Assembly (NCBI RefSeq): GCF_964204645.1
Contig: NC_134027.1
Coordinates: 27,056,560 to 27,120,559 of the forward strand
Direction: 5' to 3'
Origin: Tubulanus polymorphus
Lineage: Eukaryota > Animalia > Nemertea
Length of the DNA stretch: 64,000 nucleotides
Part shown: piece by piece, positions 52,644 to 64,000 of the stretch
Position numbering within the stretch: position 1 is the first letter of the stretch
Layout of the letters: each line of letters opens with the position of its first letter
Made by a program: the position numbers and the translations under genes
The notes under the pieces: model-generated
The model's input: only the letters and a program-made list of their open reading frames with translations
Told to the model about the DNA's origin: nothing
The model's database searches: none

Positions 52644-54989
52644 ATCAATGAAATACGGATTCATTGTCTGTGATACAGACACGGCAGAAAAAGTAATCGC
52701 CGCAAATCCCCATCAGATTGATGGGGATATCATTTATTTTCAATTGTCGAAAGAGGTAAGCTATCATATAGATTTAATATTCTTCTGTAATACCATCCAA
52801 TCAGATGTATGGGATTCATTTGGGATCAATAAATACTCACTATGCCTAATTGTCAGACAATTAAAGGGGTGCTGTATCATTATTAGAGGACATTACCTAA
52901 ACTGCAGTAATTCATCCCGAGTTCTAAATGTATGTATTATTATCGTAGATCAAAGAAATATGGATTTGTGGTTGTGTCCCCAGAAACGGCACAAAGAATG
53001 ATAAATGGTAATATCCCCATCACATTGATGGGGAAATTATTCATTTTGAATTGTCTAAAGTCAAAGAGGTAAGCTATCATGTAGTTTTATTCTTCTGTAA
53101 TACCATCCAATCAGATCTATGGGATTCATTTGGGATCAATAAATACTCACTATGCCTAATACGTCAGGCAATTAAAGGGGTGCAGTATCATTAATAAGAG
53201 ACATTCCCTAAACTGCAGTAATTCATCCAGAGATCTAAATGTATGTATTATTTTTGTAGATCATTGAAATACGGATTTGTTGTTGTCGACGAAAAAACAG
53301 CAGAAATAATTATCGCTGCAAATCCCCATCACATTGATGGGGATATCATTTATTTTAAATTTTCTAATGAGGTAAGCTATCATGTAGATTGATTCTTCAG
53401 TAATACCATCCAATCAGATGTATGGGATTCAATTAAAGGGATGCTGTTTCATTAATAAGAGACATTCCCCAAACTGCAGTAATTCATCCTGAGATCTAAA
53501 TGTATGTATTATTATTGTAGATCAATGAAATACGGATTTGCCATATGTGATGCAGACACTGCACAAAAAATTTTTATGTGATGCAGACACTGCACAAAAA
53601 ATTTTTCAAGCAAATCCCCATCAAATTGATGGGGAAAATGTCTATTTTGAATTATCTAAAGAGGTAAGCTATCATGTAATTTTATTCTCTGGTAATACCA
53701 TCCAAGGTGTATGTTTGTACAGTAGCCGTTCTTATGAGTCGGGGTACGTCAGAGGTAAGCTATCATGTAGATTGATTCTTCTGTAATACCATCCAATCAG
53801 ATCTATGGGATTCATTTGGGATCAATAAATACTCACTATGCCTAATACGTCAGGCAATTAAAGGGGTGCAGTATCATTAATAAGAGACATTCCCTAAACT
53901 GCAGTAATTCATCCTGAGTTCTAAATGTATGTATTATTATTGTAGATCAATGAAATATGGATTCATTGTATGTGCTGGAGACACGGCAGAAAAAATAATC
54001 GCCGCAAATCCCCATCAGATTGATGGGGATATCATTTATTTTCAATTGTCGAAAGAGGTAAGCTTTCATATAGATTTAATATTCTTCTGTAATACCATCC
54101 AATCAGATCTATGGGATTCATTTGGGATCAATAAATACTCACTATGCCTAATACGTCAGACAATTAAAGGGGTGCAGTATCATTAATAAGAGACATTCCC
54201 TAAACTGCAGTAATTCATCCCGAGTTCTAAATGTATGTATTATTATTGTAGATCATTGAAATACGGATTTGTTGTTGTCGACGAAAAAACAGCAGAAATA
54301 ATTATCGCTGCAAATCCCCATCACATTGATGGGGATATCATTTATTTTAAATTTTCTAATGAGGTAAGCTATCATGTAGATTGATTCTTCAGTAATACCA
54401 CCCAATCAGATGTTTGGGATTCATTTGAAACATGTCTGGAATTTAATATCAATAAATACTCACTATGCCTAATACGTCAGACAATTAAAGGGGTGCTGTA
54501 TCATTAATAAGAGACATTCCCTAAACTGCAGTAATTCATCCCGAGTTCTAAATGTATGTATTATTATTGTAGATCAATGAAATATGGATTCATTGTATGT
54601 GCTGGAGACACGGCAGAAAAAATAATCGCCGCAAATCCCCATCAGATTGATGGGGATATCATTTATTTTCAATTGTCGAAAGAGGTAAGCTATCATATAG
54701 ATTTAATATTCTTCTGTAATACCATCCAATCAGATCTATGGGATTCATTTGGGATCAATAAATACTCACTATGCCTAATACGTCAGGCAATTAAAGGGGT
54801 GCTGTATCATTAATAAGAGACATTCCCTAAACTGCAGTAATTCATCCTGAGTTCTAAATGTATGTGTATTGTTATTGTAGTTCATTAAAACATGGGTTAG
54901 TGATTGTATCCGCCGATGTGGCGGCAAAAATCATTGCCGCCAACCCGCATATTATTGACGGGAAGAATGTCCAGTTTAGATGGATGCAG
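52644..54989 (+). CDS. Split-RRM cassette unit 3: tandem B exons 52644-52755, 52949-53068 (frameshift), 53260-53371, 53521-53663 (31-nt internal duplication), 53946-54057, 54252-54363, 54573-54684, 54881-54989
   Basis: About 310-bp repeat units, each (t/c)ag|N TCA ... GAG or CAG|gtaagc. Six exons are open: SMKYGFIVCDTDTAEKVIAANPHQIDG.., SLKYGFVVVDEKTAEIIIAANPHHIDG.. (x2), SMKYGFIVCAGDTAEKIIAANPHQIDG.. (x2), SLKHGLVIVSADVAAKIIAANPHIIDGKNVQFRWMQ. Confidence 0.65.
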
Positions 54990-55673
54990 GTAAGCTACCA
55001 TGTAGTAATATTCTCTATCAGAGGTATGCTTCATAAAGAATATATAACCATACAGTAGGGTACGGATAAGTCAGACACGTCCAACTCAGATATACACATA
55101 TGTCGATGAATACACCAACCCAAATCACAGAGATGGGAGGAATATTAAATCCCGCTATGCAAAACAGGGTTAAGGGTATAACAGCTATAGAGACATTCAC
55201 AACTCCTAAACTGCAATAACTCATCCTCCTCCTAAATGTGTATCATGTAGATGGATTCACTGCTCTTCAAATGAATGAATAGTTGACAGCTATAACCCGA
55301 AATGCAGTGTCCATTTGATAGTAATGGTGTTGGTTTGGAAGAGTGTCAAGATTGTAGCGATATCGGGAGTGGATCAGGAAAGTTATTTGAGGCAGAGCAA
55401 TAAATGCGAACGCAAAGTATTCAAGAAGTACATCACTAGTTACTGCTGTCGTCAAAACCTTGATTCCGTAAACAGACAGATGCGATTACAAAGTGCAAAT
55501 AAAATATTTTCTTACCTTCTTCATTTTCCAAGCAACCCCTGTTCCTCATTCTTTTGATTCTAGTTCATTCATTTTCTTTCGGAAGTTATCAATTGCTAAA
55601 ATAAGACATGAAGTTGATCGTTTTTGTTCTCCCTCAAGGATTAAGAATTTAAGATTTAGTTGTTATCATTTAC

Positions 55674-57765
55674 CTTGTACATGCTCCAAACTGCAAAAAT
55701 GCCGATTGAGATTTCTACAGTTGACCTAATTTCTGTGTCCTGTAAGAGAAATTCAGGAATTTGTGAGAAAATCGCGTACTTACTAGGATGCACAAACTCT
55801 GATAATAAATAGCTTACCTCCTTTTGAAAGTTCAAATATTATATTTCCCCATCAATTTGATGGGGATTATCAGCAATTATATTGTGAGCTGTGTCTTTTG
55901 AACATACAATGAATCCACATTTCAATGATCTACAATAATAATACATTCACATGTTTAGAACTCAGGATGAATTACTGCAGTTTAGGGAATGTCTTTTATT
56001 AATGATACAGCACCCCTTTAATTGTCTGACGTATAGTGAGTATTTATTGATATTAAATTCCAGACATGTTTCAAATGAATCCCATACATCTGATTGGATG
56101 GTATTACTGAAGAATAAAACTACATGATAGCTTACCTTGTGAGCCAGTTCAAAAACTACATTATACCCATCAATGTGATGGGGATTTGCTTCTATAATTG
56201 CTTCAGCCGTTTCTGGTACCACAACAACGAATCCGTAGTGTTGAGATCTACAATAATAATTCATACATTTAGAACTCAGTATGAATTACTGCAGTTTAGG
56301 GAATGTCTCTTATTAATGATACAGCACCCCTTTAATTGCCTGACGTATTAGGCATAGTGAGTATTTATTGATCCCAAATGAATCCCATACATCTGATTGG
56401 ATGGTATTACAGAAGAATATTAAATCTACATGATAGCTTACCTCTTTCGACAATTGAAAATAAATGATATCCCCATCAATCTGATGGGGATTTGCGGCGA
56501 TTATTTTTTCTGCCGTGTCTGTATCACAGACAATGAATCCGTATTTCATTGATCTACAATAATAATACATACATTTAGAACTCAGGATGAATTACTGCAG
56601 TTTAGGGAATGTCTCTTATTAATGATACAGCACCCCTTTAATTGCCTGACGTATTAGGCATAGTGAGTATTTATTGATCCCAAATGAATCCCATAGATCT
56701 GATTGGATGGTATTACAGAAGAATAAATCTACATGATAGCTTACCTCATTAGATAATTTAAAACGTTCATTTTCCCCATCAATCTGGTGGGGATTACCAT
56801 TGATGATGTTTTGTGTCGTGTCTGGCGAACAGACAATGAATCAATGTTTCTTTGATCTACAATAATAATAATACATACATTTAGAAATCAGGATGAGGAC
56901 GATTAACTGCATCCTTAAGGGATTTTCTCGAAACTTGGTAAAATGAAGTCAACATTACAATATACACACATTTAGAACTCAGTCATGTGGAACACTCGGC
57001 TCTTATACAACATCTTATATCCTTAACCCCTTTAAAATTCCTGATGATGCCTATATTCTTGTATAATGATCGAACACTGAACCCTCATTCAGGGTCTGAT
57101 CTAAGCACTTCTCCGATTGCCCGGGATAAGTATATTCTCATCAGGGCAAGTAGGTTATCATTACCCGGGCTAGTGCAATTTCACAAAGCTTTTTTTCCCC
57201 ACTTGATACAACGGATGATAGTGCCACCAATCGGACTGCCTGTGTAAGGCAAGCAGCTTTTGGAGGGGGCAAGCAAAATTCCTGATAATATTGATAATTT
57301 TGAGCATTAAACACATTTGATATAAAAAAAGATTATAAACTTACTGCCCCTTTTTGTTCGTGATTATATAGGCCTTTTTTTATCTTCTTCCATATTATTT
57401 TTTATCGTTCTGCCAGTGGTTTTGACATCCAAACCACTGGCGAATAACTTGCAAAACACCTGTGAAATAAAGAGAATTATAAAACACAGCATCCGTTTGA
57501 TAAACAGGTTGAATATAAAATCATTCATTAACTATGAGATTGATACATTAATCAGCTAAACAACTCAACTGTCATGTGAAACACTCAGTGCTTACGATCT
57601 GAACTTCCCTTTATAATTCCTACCAACTTTATTATGAACATTAAATAGATTTGATATTTAAAAAAAAGATTATAAATTTCCTGCCCATTTTTGTTTTTAA
57701 TAACATAGGCCTTTTTATCGATATTTTTTATTTGATATTCCCCGAAAGTAGAGTCTTGAATCCAT
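55674..57765 (-). pseudogene. Split-RRM cassette unit 4: A exons 57765-57683 and 57459-57345 (both disrupted); B exons 56856-56745 (stop), 56553-56442 and 56247-56136 (intact), 55929-55818 (stop); downstream exon 55739-55674
   Basis: Reverse-complement copies of the same A and B cassettes and introns. The acceptor before 55739 (CCTGAATTTCTCTTACAG) matches the C-exon acceptor. No intact A exon is present in cis. Confidence 0.55.
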
Positions 57766-57893
57766 CTGTGGAGTAGAGAAGAGAATTAAAAAAAACAGCA
57801 TCCATTTGATAAACAGGTTGAATATAACAAGAGAAATCCCACAATAAGTTCAGCCAAAACGAGAAACTTGAGTAGAAGAGTTATATATATTTT

Positions 57894-57937
57894 TGCGCAA
57901 CGTTTCGGCTAAAGACTATTAGCCATCATCAGGCGTA
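57894..57937 (-). ncRNA. Minimal type I hammerhead ribozyme motif (Penelope-like element type)
   Basis: Minus strand UACGC-CUGAUGA-U-GGCUA-AUAGUCUU-UAGCC-GAA-ACGU-U-GCGCA: conserved core, stem II, palindromic mini stem III, short stem I. Confidence 0.6.
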
Positions 57938-59446
57938 CTGAGTACAGGAGAATATTACAAGATATTTATACAAGACCAAAACAATAGAAGCAGAGTGAGT
58001 GATTAAAATATTGAAAGGGGAATAGATTAAAGTAATGACATAACAACTAGAAAACAATGCTAAAGTAAGCAAGGCAAACTAGGGGCAATGTAGATTAAAG
58101 TAATTAATAAACAAAGACACAAGCTAAAGTGATTAAAACGGGAGGACAAGCTAAGGGGTAATCAAATAAAACAAAGAGAAGGAACATGAAAGGCGATAAT
58201 CAGTGAGTGAGTGGAAACAAGCAAACTATGATAAAGGCAAAACAATGGAGGGAATTAGTATAACGGGGGGGGGGGGGGGGGTACAAGAGAAGCGAGAAAT
58301 TTGGAGATCAAAATGTTGTGGGGGGAGAAACCGTTATTCAAATTAACACAATTTTCCAAGTTTTCAATAATCAGGGCCGATTCCATAATGTGTCGTTTAA
58401 TCTTTTCTGAACAGGTTGAATATAAAATCAGTTATTAAACCCCTGATAAACTATGTGACGCTTACAACACCTTACAATCCAAAAAACATCATTCACATAA
58501 CATGGGCGTCCCCAGGATTTTTTAGTCTTCCCCAGTCCCCAGATAATTTGTGAATTTCGTGCAAGCAGGCGCGTTCTGGTGCAATCTGAGGGTGATGGGT
58601 AGACTGGTTCCCGTTTATAGGTAGACTGGTTACCATTTACTTTGCATGTATCGATTTTATTTTGCTAATCTAGCAAATGCAGACCATGAACTGACGTTCG
58701 TCAACGTTTGGAAATTCACAAGCCCATGAATAAATTATTGCCACAGCTTTTGCCACTGCACTTCCAATACCACTGATTTGAAATTAAAATAGCAACATTC
58801 ACATACCTGTTTCCAAGCACGTTTTTAAACTGTCCATTCACTCATTCCTCAAGCATGTCAAGTTTGTCTCATCTCTTCTCTTTCTTGTAAGTTTGATATT
58901 CACCTGGTCAACGAATAAAGGTAAAGTATGAAACTAAATTGTACACTTACTACTTTCAGAAGCTCGCATTCATGACTGGCGAAAAATATCATTTCGCACG
59001 TGCGAGAATTTTGAATTTAGTCAGCTGACCATAGCGGACAATGGAAATGCTTACAATATACGCATGCGGTTTAATTTTCAAACTCGCTCGTTGAAGAATA
59101 TCAATTGAATATACCTTTAGAACGTTGTCTTGACTTTTTGAAATTTAATTCTAAACCCAATTTGAAGATGGAGACTGATTCAGAAACGTGTTCAACCCCA
59201 GGTGGTCGCCAACAGATATCAGCTATCAGCTGTTGATATATCATCGCTGGCGCGCATGACTGATAATCAGTTTCCGTTCGGAATATGCTCCGGAACCGAT
59301 TAAAGACTGCGACCCGGACTCACTGGCAGTCATGTGACCGTTCAAAATGGCTTCTGTCAAAACGAGGAAGTAACTGGCGAATAGTTCGGAATTTTCAATT
59401 TTCATGGAATTTTCGATACAGTTGCGCTTTCAATAACTCATACATA

Positions 59447-62311
59447 ATGTCTAGTCTCAAAGGTTTGAAGGAAACTTTACAGAAAGTTCAAGAGGACATA
59501 AAAGCAGGGTAAGATTGATAATGAATTGTCCATGTCAACCACCTGAACTCGACAAAACAACCACAAACACTTAACCAGTAACACTTCATTTTCGCACAGA
59601 ACCCCTGCGGTTGTTTCTCTGGTTTCAGTGATCTATTTGTCAAGGATTTGATTTGTTGAATTTTGAAATATGTTTTTTGTTTTTTTTTTAGAATCAAATC
59701 GATTGGCAGTCCAAAGAAGAAGGTAGTCGAGGGTTATGTTATATCGTCAAATGGAGATAGTTTAAACATCGACGCAGGGGCTGATCTCTTGAATAAGTAA
59801 ACAAAAATTTGCAGTCCATCATCATAGTAAATTATGAGAATTAAGAGACACAAACAGCGAAATCATAAAATTTATAAATATTCATATATTTTGTAGGTTT
59901 CAAACATCATGGGTTGAAATTCACGATTCATCTGAGGAAAATGCTAAAAAGGCAGAAGTAAGGTTTATACAGAAGCAGTCTCTAGTACACAGGGGCCTGA
60001 CACTAAAAGTTTTTGACCCCAGTAGGCCTATCCTAGGTATTATAAGTTTATATATGAAAAGTATATGTACCTAGGATACTGGGGTCAAAAACTTTTTGTG
60101 TCGGGTCCCTGTTCTCTAGTATCTAGTCTCCAGTTTACCTAAATTCAGACATGGTATAGATATATGATATTAAGTGAGTTGATTATTTATTTCAGAATAT
60201 TGATGCAGTCATATCGGGATTGTTTTTAGATGTGGAACGCAGAGTAATCGGTTTGGAAAAATTGAATTGCGAATTGGCTCAATTACCGGGGCTTACAGAA
60301 ACTTTACTCAACTTATCAAAACTTATAGGTACAATTTTAGCCGTCAATAGCTAAATAGATTTTTCCTAATGGTAGTATGTGTTTTGAAAATACATTTTGA
60401 GATTTGATATTAGGAGAGTTGGATGAAGCTACTGAAACTATTGAAGCTGAACTAATTGCACTGGAAAACACATGCGAACAACAAGAATTAGTGAGAAATC
60501 GAGAGTCACATCTTTTACAACTTGCCACCTACGAGGAATCAAAGAAAGCTGAAGTCGACAGATTGAGAGGTTTGTATTTATATAAAAATCAATGTTCGGG
60601 GGTTTTATCCAGTTATGGTGTATGCAAATTTATTGTAGAATCTACCCACCCACCACAGCCCTGTACATATCTCTTACCCGGCCCTCGCCCCCCTCCAGTA
60701 CCGTACTTATCATACTGCTTGTTCGTTATATCCCTTCACGCACCCAGCGTTCCAACTCTATGTCACTCCTCCATTTACAAACATTAAGGCACTCAAGTTT
60801 TGGCAGTCGTTCTTTTAAATACATTGCACCCCTCCTTTGGAACTCATTAGATGCAGAATAACGCAGTATCCACGACCTAGCAACCTTTAAGCGCTTGCTG
60901 AAACACTGGCTGTTCCAGTGTGCATATATGCAGTAAACGACGCCATATTTAGCACCAGTGAACATTAACTGTTTAGTGAAATAGGTGCTATACAAGTGTG
61001 ACAATTATTATCATTATTCACTGTAAACGTTTAAAGACATACATCATTGGTATCTGTGTGATAATGTATTCACTGGATCTACGAAAATAAAAACGTAGTT
61101 CATTGATGAAAGTTCAACCGCACACAAACACAAAACTATCTTCTGCATACGATAAAGATTTGATCGAATGAATTCTATATGTTTTAGTTATTCTTGCTCA
61201 AGAACACGCGGATAAAGTAGCCAATCACGAACGCTGTCAACAGGTTAAAATGAAAGATCGTCAAGAAGCGTTTTCAATGGCGTTTGAAGAAGATATGCAA
61301 CATTATATAAAAACTGGTAGAACGGAGAGTATGTATTCACTGTCTTATTATCACTTCACGCTCGATCATTTTGTGTTTTTGCAATAGTGATATTAGTCCC
61401 TATCTTTATACGCTTGTAGAAAAATCATTGCTTTATTCGGTAAATAGAAATAATTTTAAAGCGAATTCTGCTGATTCTAAGGGTAAAACTTTTTTTAATT
61501 TTATGGAGAGTCAAAATGTTTTGGCTGTAAACAGCTATCTTCAGGTGGGGTGATCACAAACTTATAGATTGAGTTAGAACATTTGAACAGAAAACTTTAA
61601 ATTTGTTGTAATCTATTTTCAGGGTTACCAAGTTTTAGCAGTGAAAATCAAGTTGATGTATCAGACATTCCTATAGATGAAGACCGAGCAGTTTTAGATG
61701 AATTTCTCTCCGATCCAGTCACATCCGTATCAGATGAAGCTGGTCAGTTGTAATAATCACACCTTACTCCATCAAAATGACACACTAAGAATGATGACAA
61801 ATTTCAATCGAAAACTTTCTAAAGATTAATTCAAGCTTTCGACTTCGTGCTAATAGTCATCTTCAGGAATACTAAGGGGTCATTCATTTATAACGTACGC
61901 ATTAGGGGAGGGGGAGGGGACAGTGCAATTGCGTACTGTAATGTATATGAAAAAATGGCCGATTTTGCATACAGAGGGGGAGGGGGGTTGAAAAATTCAA
62001 ATTTTATGCGTACGTAATAAATGAATGATCCCTTATGTCGCTACACGGACTCAAATTCTATTTAAATGCTATTTACCGATTCTCAATTCATGAATAGGTG
62101 ATGTTTAAAGTGAATGATAACTGTGATTGTTTTTGTATTTTTGAAAGGAATGAAAAGAGAAGATTCGGACGCAGCGTTAATCGATACAGTTTTTCCGCCC
62201 GGAGCTGAAATCAAACCTGATGAAGATATCGCCAGTGATAATGAAATATTAGATAAAGATGACAACATTCCTACGATTACCGATAAAACTGATGCAAAAC
62301 CAATCGATTGA
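59447..62311 (+). CDS. DTNBP1: Dysbindin (BLOC-1 subunit), 8 exons: 59447-59508, 59692-59796, 59897-59957, 60196-60328, 60414-60569, 61188-61328, 61623-61742, 62148-62311
   Basis: Spliced protein MSSLKGLKETLQKVQEDIKAG...AGADLLNKFQTSWVEIH...LAQLPGL...LIALENTCEQQEL...EHADKV..E..QQVKMKDRQEAFSMAFEEDMQHYIKTG...LDEFL plus an acidic tail parallels dysbindin along its length; all phases are consistent. Confidence 0.92.
60700..61020 (+). mobile_element. L2/CR1-group LINE 3' fragment in a dysbindin intron
   Basis: Translates FGSRSFKYIAPLLWNSL..*R..HDLATFKRLLKHWLF, followed by a short UTR and an (ATT)n tail. Confidence 0.8.
61829..61870 (-). ncRNA. Minimal type I hammerhead ribozyme motif in dysbindin intron 7
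   Basis: Minus strand AUUC-CUGAAGA-U-GACU-AUUAGCACGA-AGUC-GAA-AGCU-U-GAAU: core, stem II, palindromic stem III, 4-bp stem I. Confidence 0.6.
61876..62032. mobile_element. MITE (Harbinger-like), copy 1
   Basis: TIRs GGGGTCATTCATTTAT.ACGTACGC / GCGTACGTAATAAATGAATGATCCC; TAA and TTA flanks; near-identical to 62891-63050. Confidence 0.85.
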
Positions 62312-62890
62312 ATGAATACTTGCGTATTCGTTTGAAATAATTTACTGCTCATGAATTTCTATAAATGAAACAATACCAACACCTGGCATGTGCTCCGACA
62401 TACAGTTGATTGATTGAATTCTGGTGTAATGTTGAAGTCTGATTTATTACGACGAACTGCTTTTCAATGCTTTGATTCCTTCCATTCCTCAACGGTTGTG
62501 GGAAGGCGACATACGCTATTGCTAACATACTGCGGCAATGTTTCTGTCAATTGGTCGATGATTCACTTGATTTTTTTTTGTAAATAAAACAAATATATTT
62601 TGAATAAAATGTTTATATTTTGAACAAGAATTTGGATGTTACATGTATTTTAATTCTGACTCAATAGATTTCCACGGTTGACTGTGATTGCAACAAAGCA
62701 ATAAGTAATTATGATTTGTCCTACTCCAATTCGTCCGAGACCGTAGTTGAATGATTGACCCATCTGGGAGTGGACTGACAGAGCTATATAGGCTTATAAA
62801 GGATGTTTATGCTGCTCCCTCAGTAGTTGAACTGATGAAATTCCGATAATTAACCCATCGGCCGGACTGTATCGGACAACATTCTACAGA

Positions 62891-63050
62891 GGGGTCATTC
62901 ATTTATTACGTGCGCATTAGGGGAGGGGGGTCAGTGCAATTGCGTACTGTAATGCTTAATGTATATGATAAAATGGCCGATTTTGCGTACAGAGGGGGAG
63001 GGGGGTTGAAAAATTCAAATTTTATGCGTACGTAATAAATGAATGATCCC
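62891..63050. mobile_element. MITE (Harbinger-like), copy 2
   Basis: Same TIRs and body as 61876-62032. Confidence 0.85.
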
Positions 63051-64000
63051 ATACCAGTCCCACGAGATCAGTCAGAAAATCTTTCCACAGTAATCAAGCG
63101 ATGGAAGATGAAAGCTCCTTTAGAATTAAATTCAAATTACTGTCAGTGTCTTATATACAAACTTTCCTTTATTTACTAAGAAACGTGTGTAAATGATCGT
63201 AGTTTGTTAAATGGAGGGACAAACCGGTTTATTAACATCTTCGATCAGAAATCATCTTTCAGAAAACGATAAGCGGAAATAATAATAAATACGGTATTTT
63301 ATTATCAGTTTATTTACAATGATTGTGTTTTTTATTGATCATGTACGGATTTATTAATTCTCAATGTGATATCAACTAATCAAAATAGATTCGTTCTGCC
63401 AGTAGAAACTATTCATAAAACCAATGAAAAGGTGGAAATTGGAAACAGAAACATGAACTAAAATACAGCTCAACTCAAGACTTGCACTCAGAAATGCTAC
63501 TTTGGACTTGAAAATATTGACGCATTCACTACGATGACCGATATCAAAATGATAACTTACAAGACGTGGTAAATTAAATTGCAAATACAAATCAGGACTC
63601 TAAAATATTGATGACTTCAGCTATGTGACGACTTAATGGAATTAGACTTAGTGTATGGAATTTCCTAAATTCATCGGATTAAATAAATGCAATTATTTAC
63701 AAAATGACAAATGGTTTGATGAAAATTCAACATGAATATCTGTACATGTTTTTATCATTCGCGCATTTAAAACATTTCCGTAAAATTTATTTGTATGAAA
63801 TTCAATTAAAAATATACAGGCAAATTAATGTTATGATGTTTCATTTCATATATAACGACTGAACTGACGATTGTTGTCAGAATTGCACAGTGAATTATAG
63901 TCGTTTGTAGAAATAGATTATTTTGAAGATAGATTTAAAAAAAAACAGTCCAGAAATAGAAATACTAAACAACCACGGAATAGTATCAAAAATATCAGTC

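Noticed and set aside
49233-56570. 'MYYYCRSMKY...' ORFs as stand-alone genes
   Set aside because: MYYYC derives from the acceptor region and the C-termini run into intron after GAG|gtaagc.

Overview
AT-rich, intron-rich animal (probably marine invertebrate) genomic DNA. Four conserved genes can be spliced by hand with GT-AG sites and consistent phases: a TOX-family HMG-box gene (+, 9214-27166, with two further candidate alternative first coding exons), PIG-M (-, 31797-28407), a UBE2Q-family E2 (+, 34632-37998) and dysbindin/DTNBP1 (+, 59447-62311). The last exon of an unidentified gene opens the window. Between UBE2Q and dysbindin (about 40.4-58.9 kb) lies the most unusual structure: a cluster on both strands of tandemly repeated exon cassettes, each encoding half of an hnRNP-A/Musashi-like RRM. 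About 14 'A' exons (RNP2 half, phase 0 to 2) and about 17 'B' exons (RNP1 half, phase 2 to 0) are accompanied by multiplied leader and Arg-rich tail exons. Intact exons stay in frame as A+B but not as A+A or B+B, which suggests Dscam-like mutually exclusive, combinatorial assembly of small basic RNA-binding proteins. Many B exons differ more than their near-identical introns. Other points: a 44-bp promoter element duplicated in inverted orientation in front of PIG-M and UBE2Q, two minimal hammerhead-ribozyme motifs, and many minisatellites, MITEs, SINEs and LINE fragments. All coordinates and translations were read manually and need computational confirmation.
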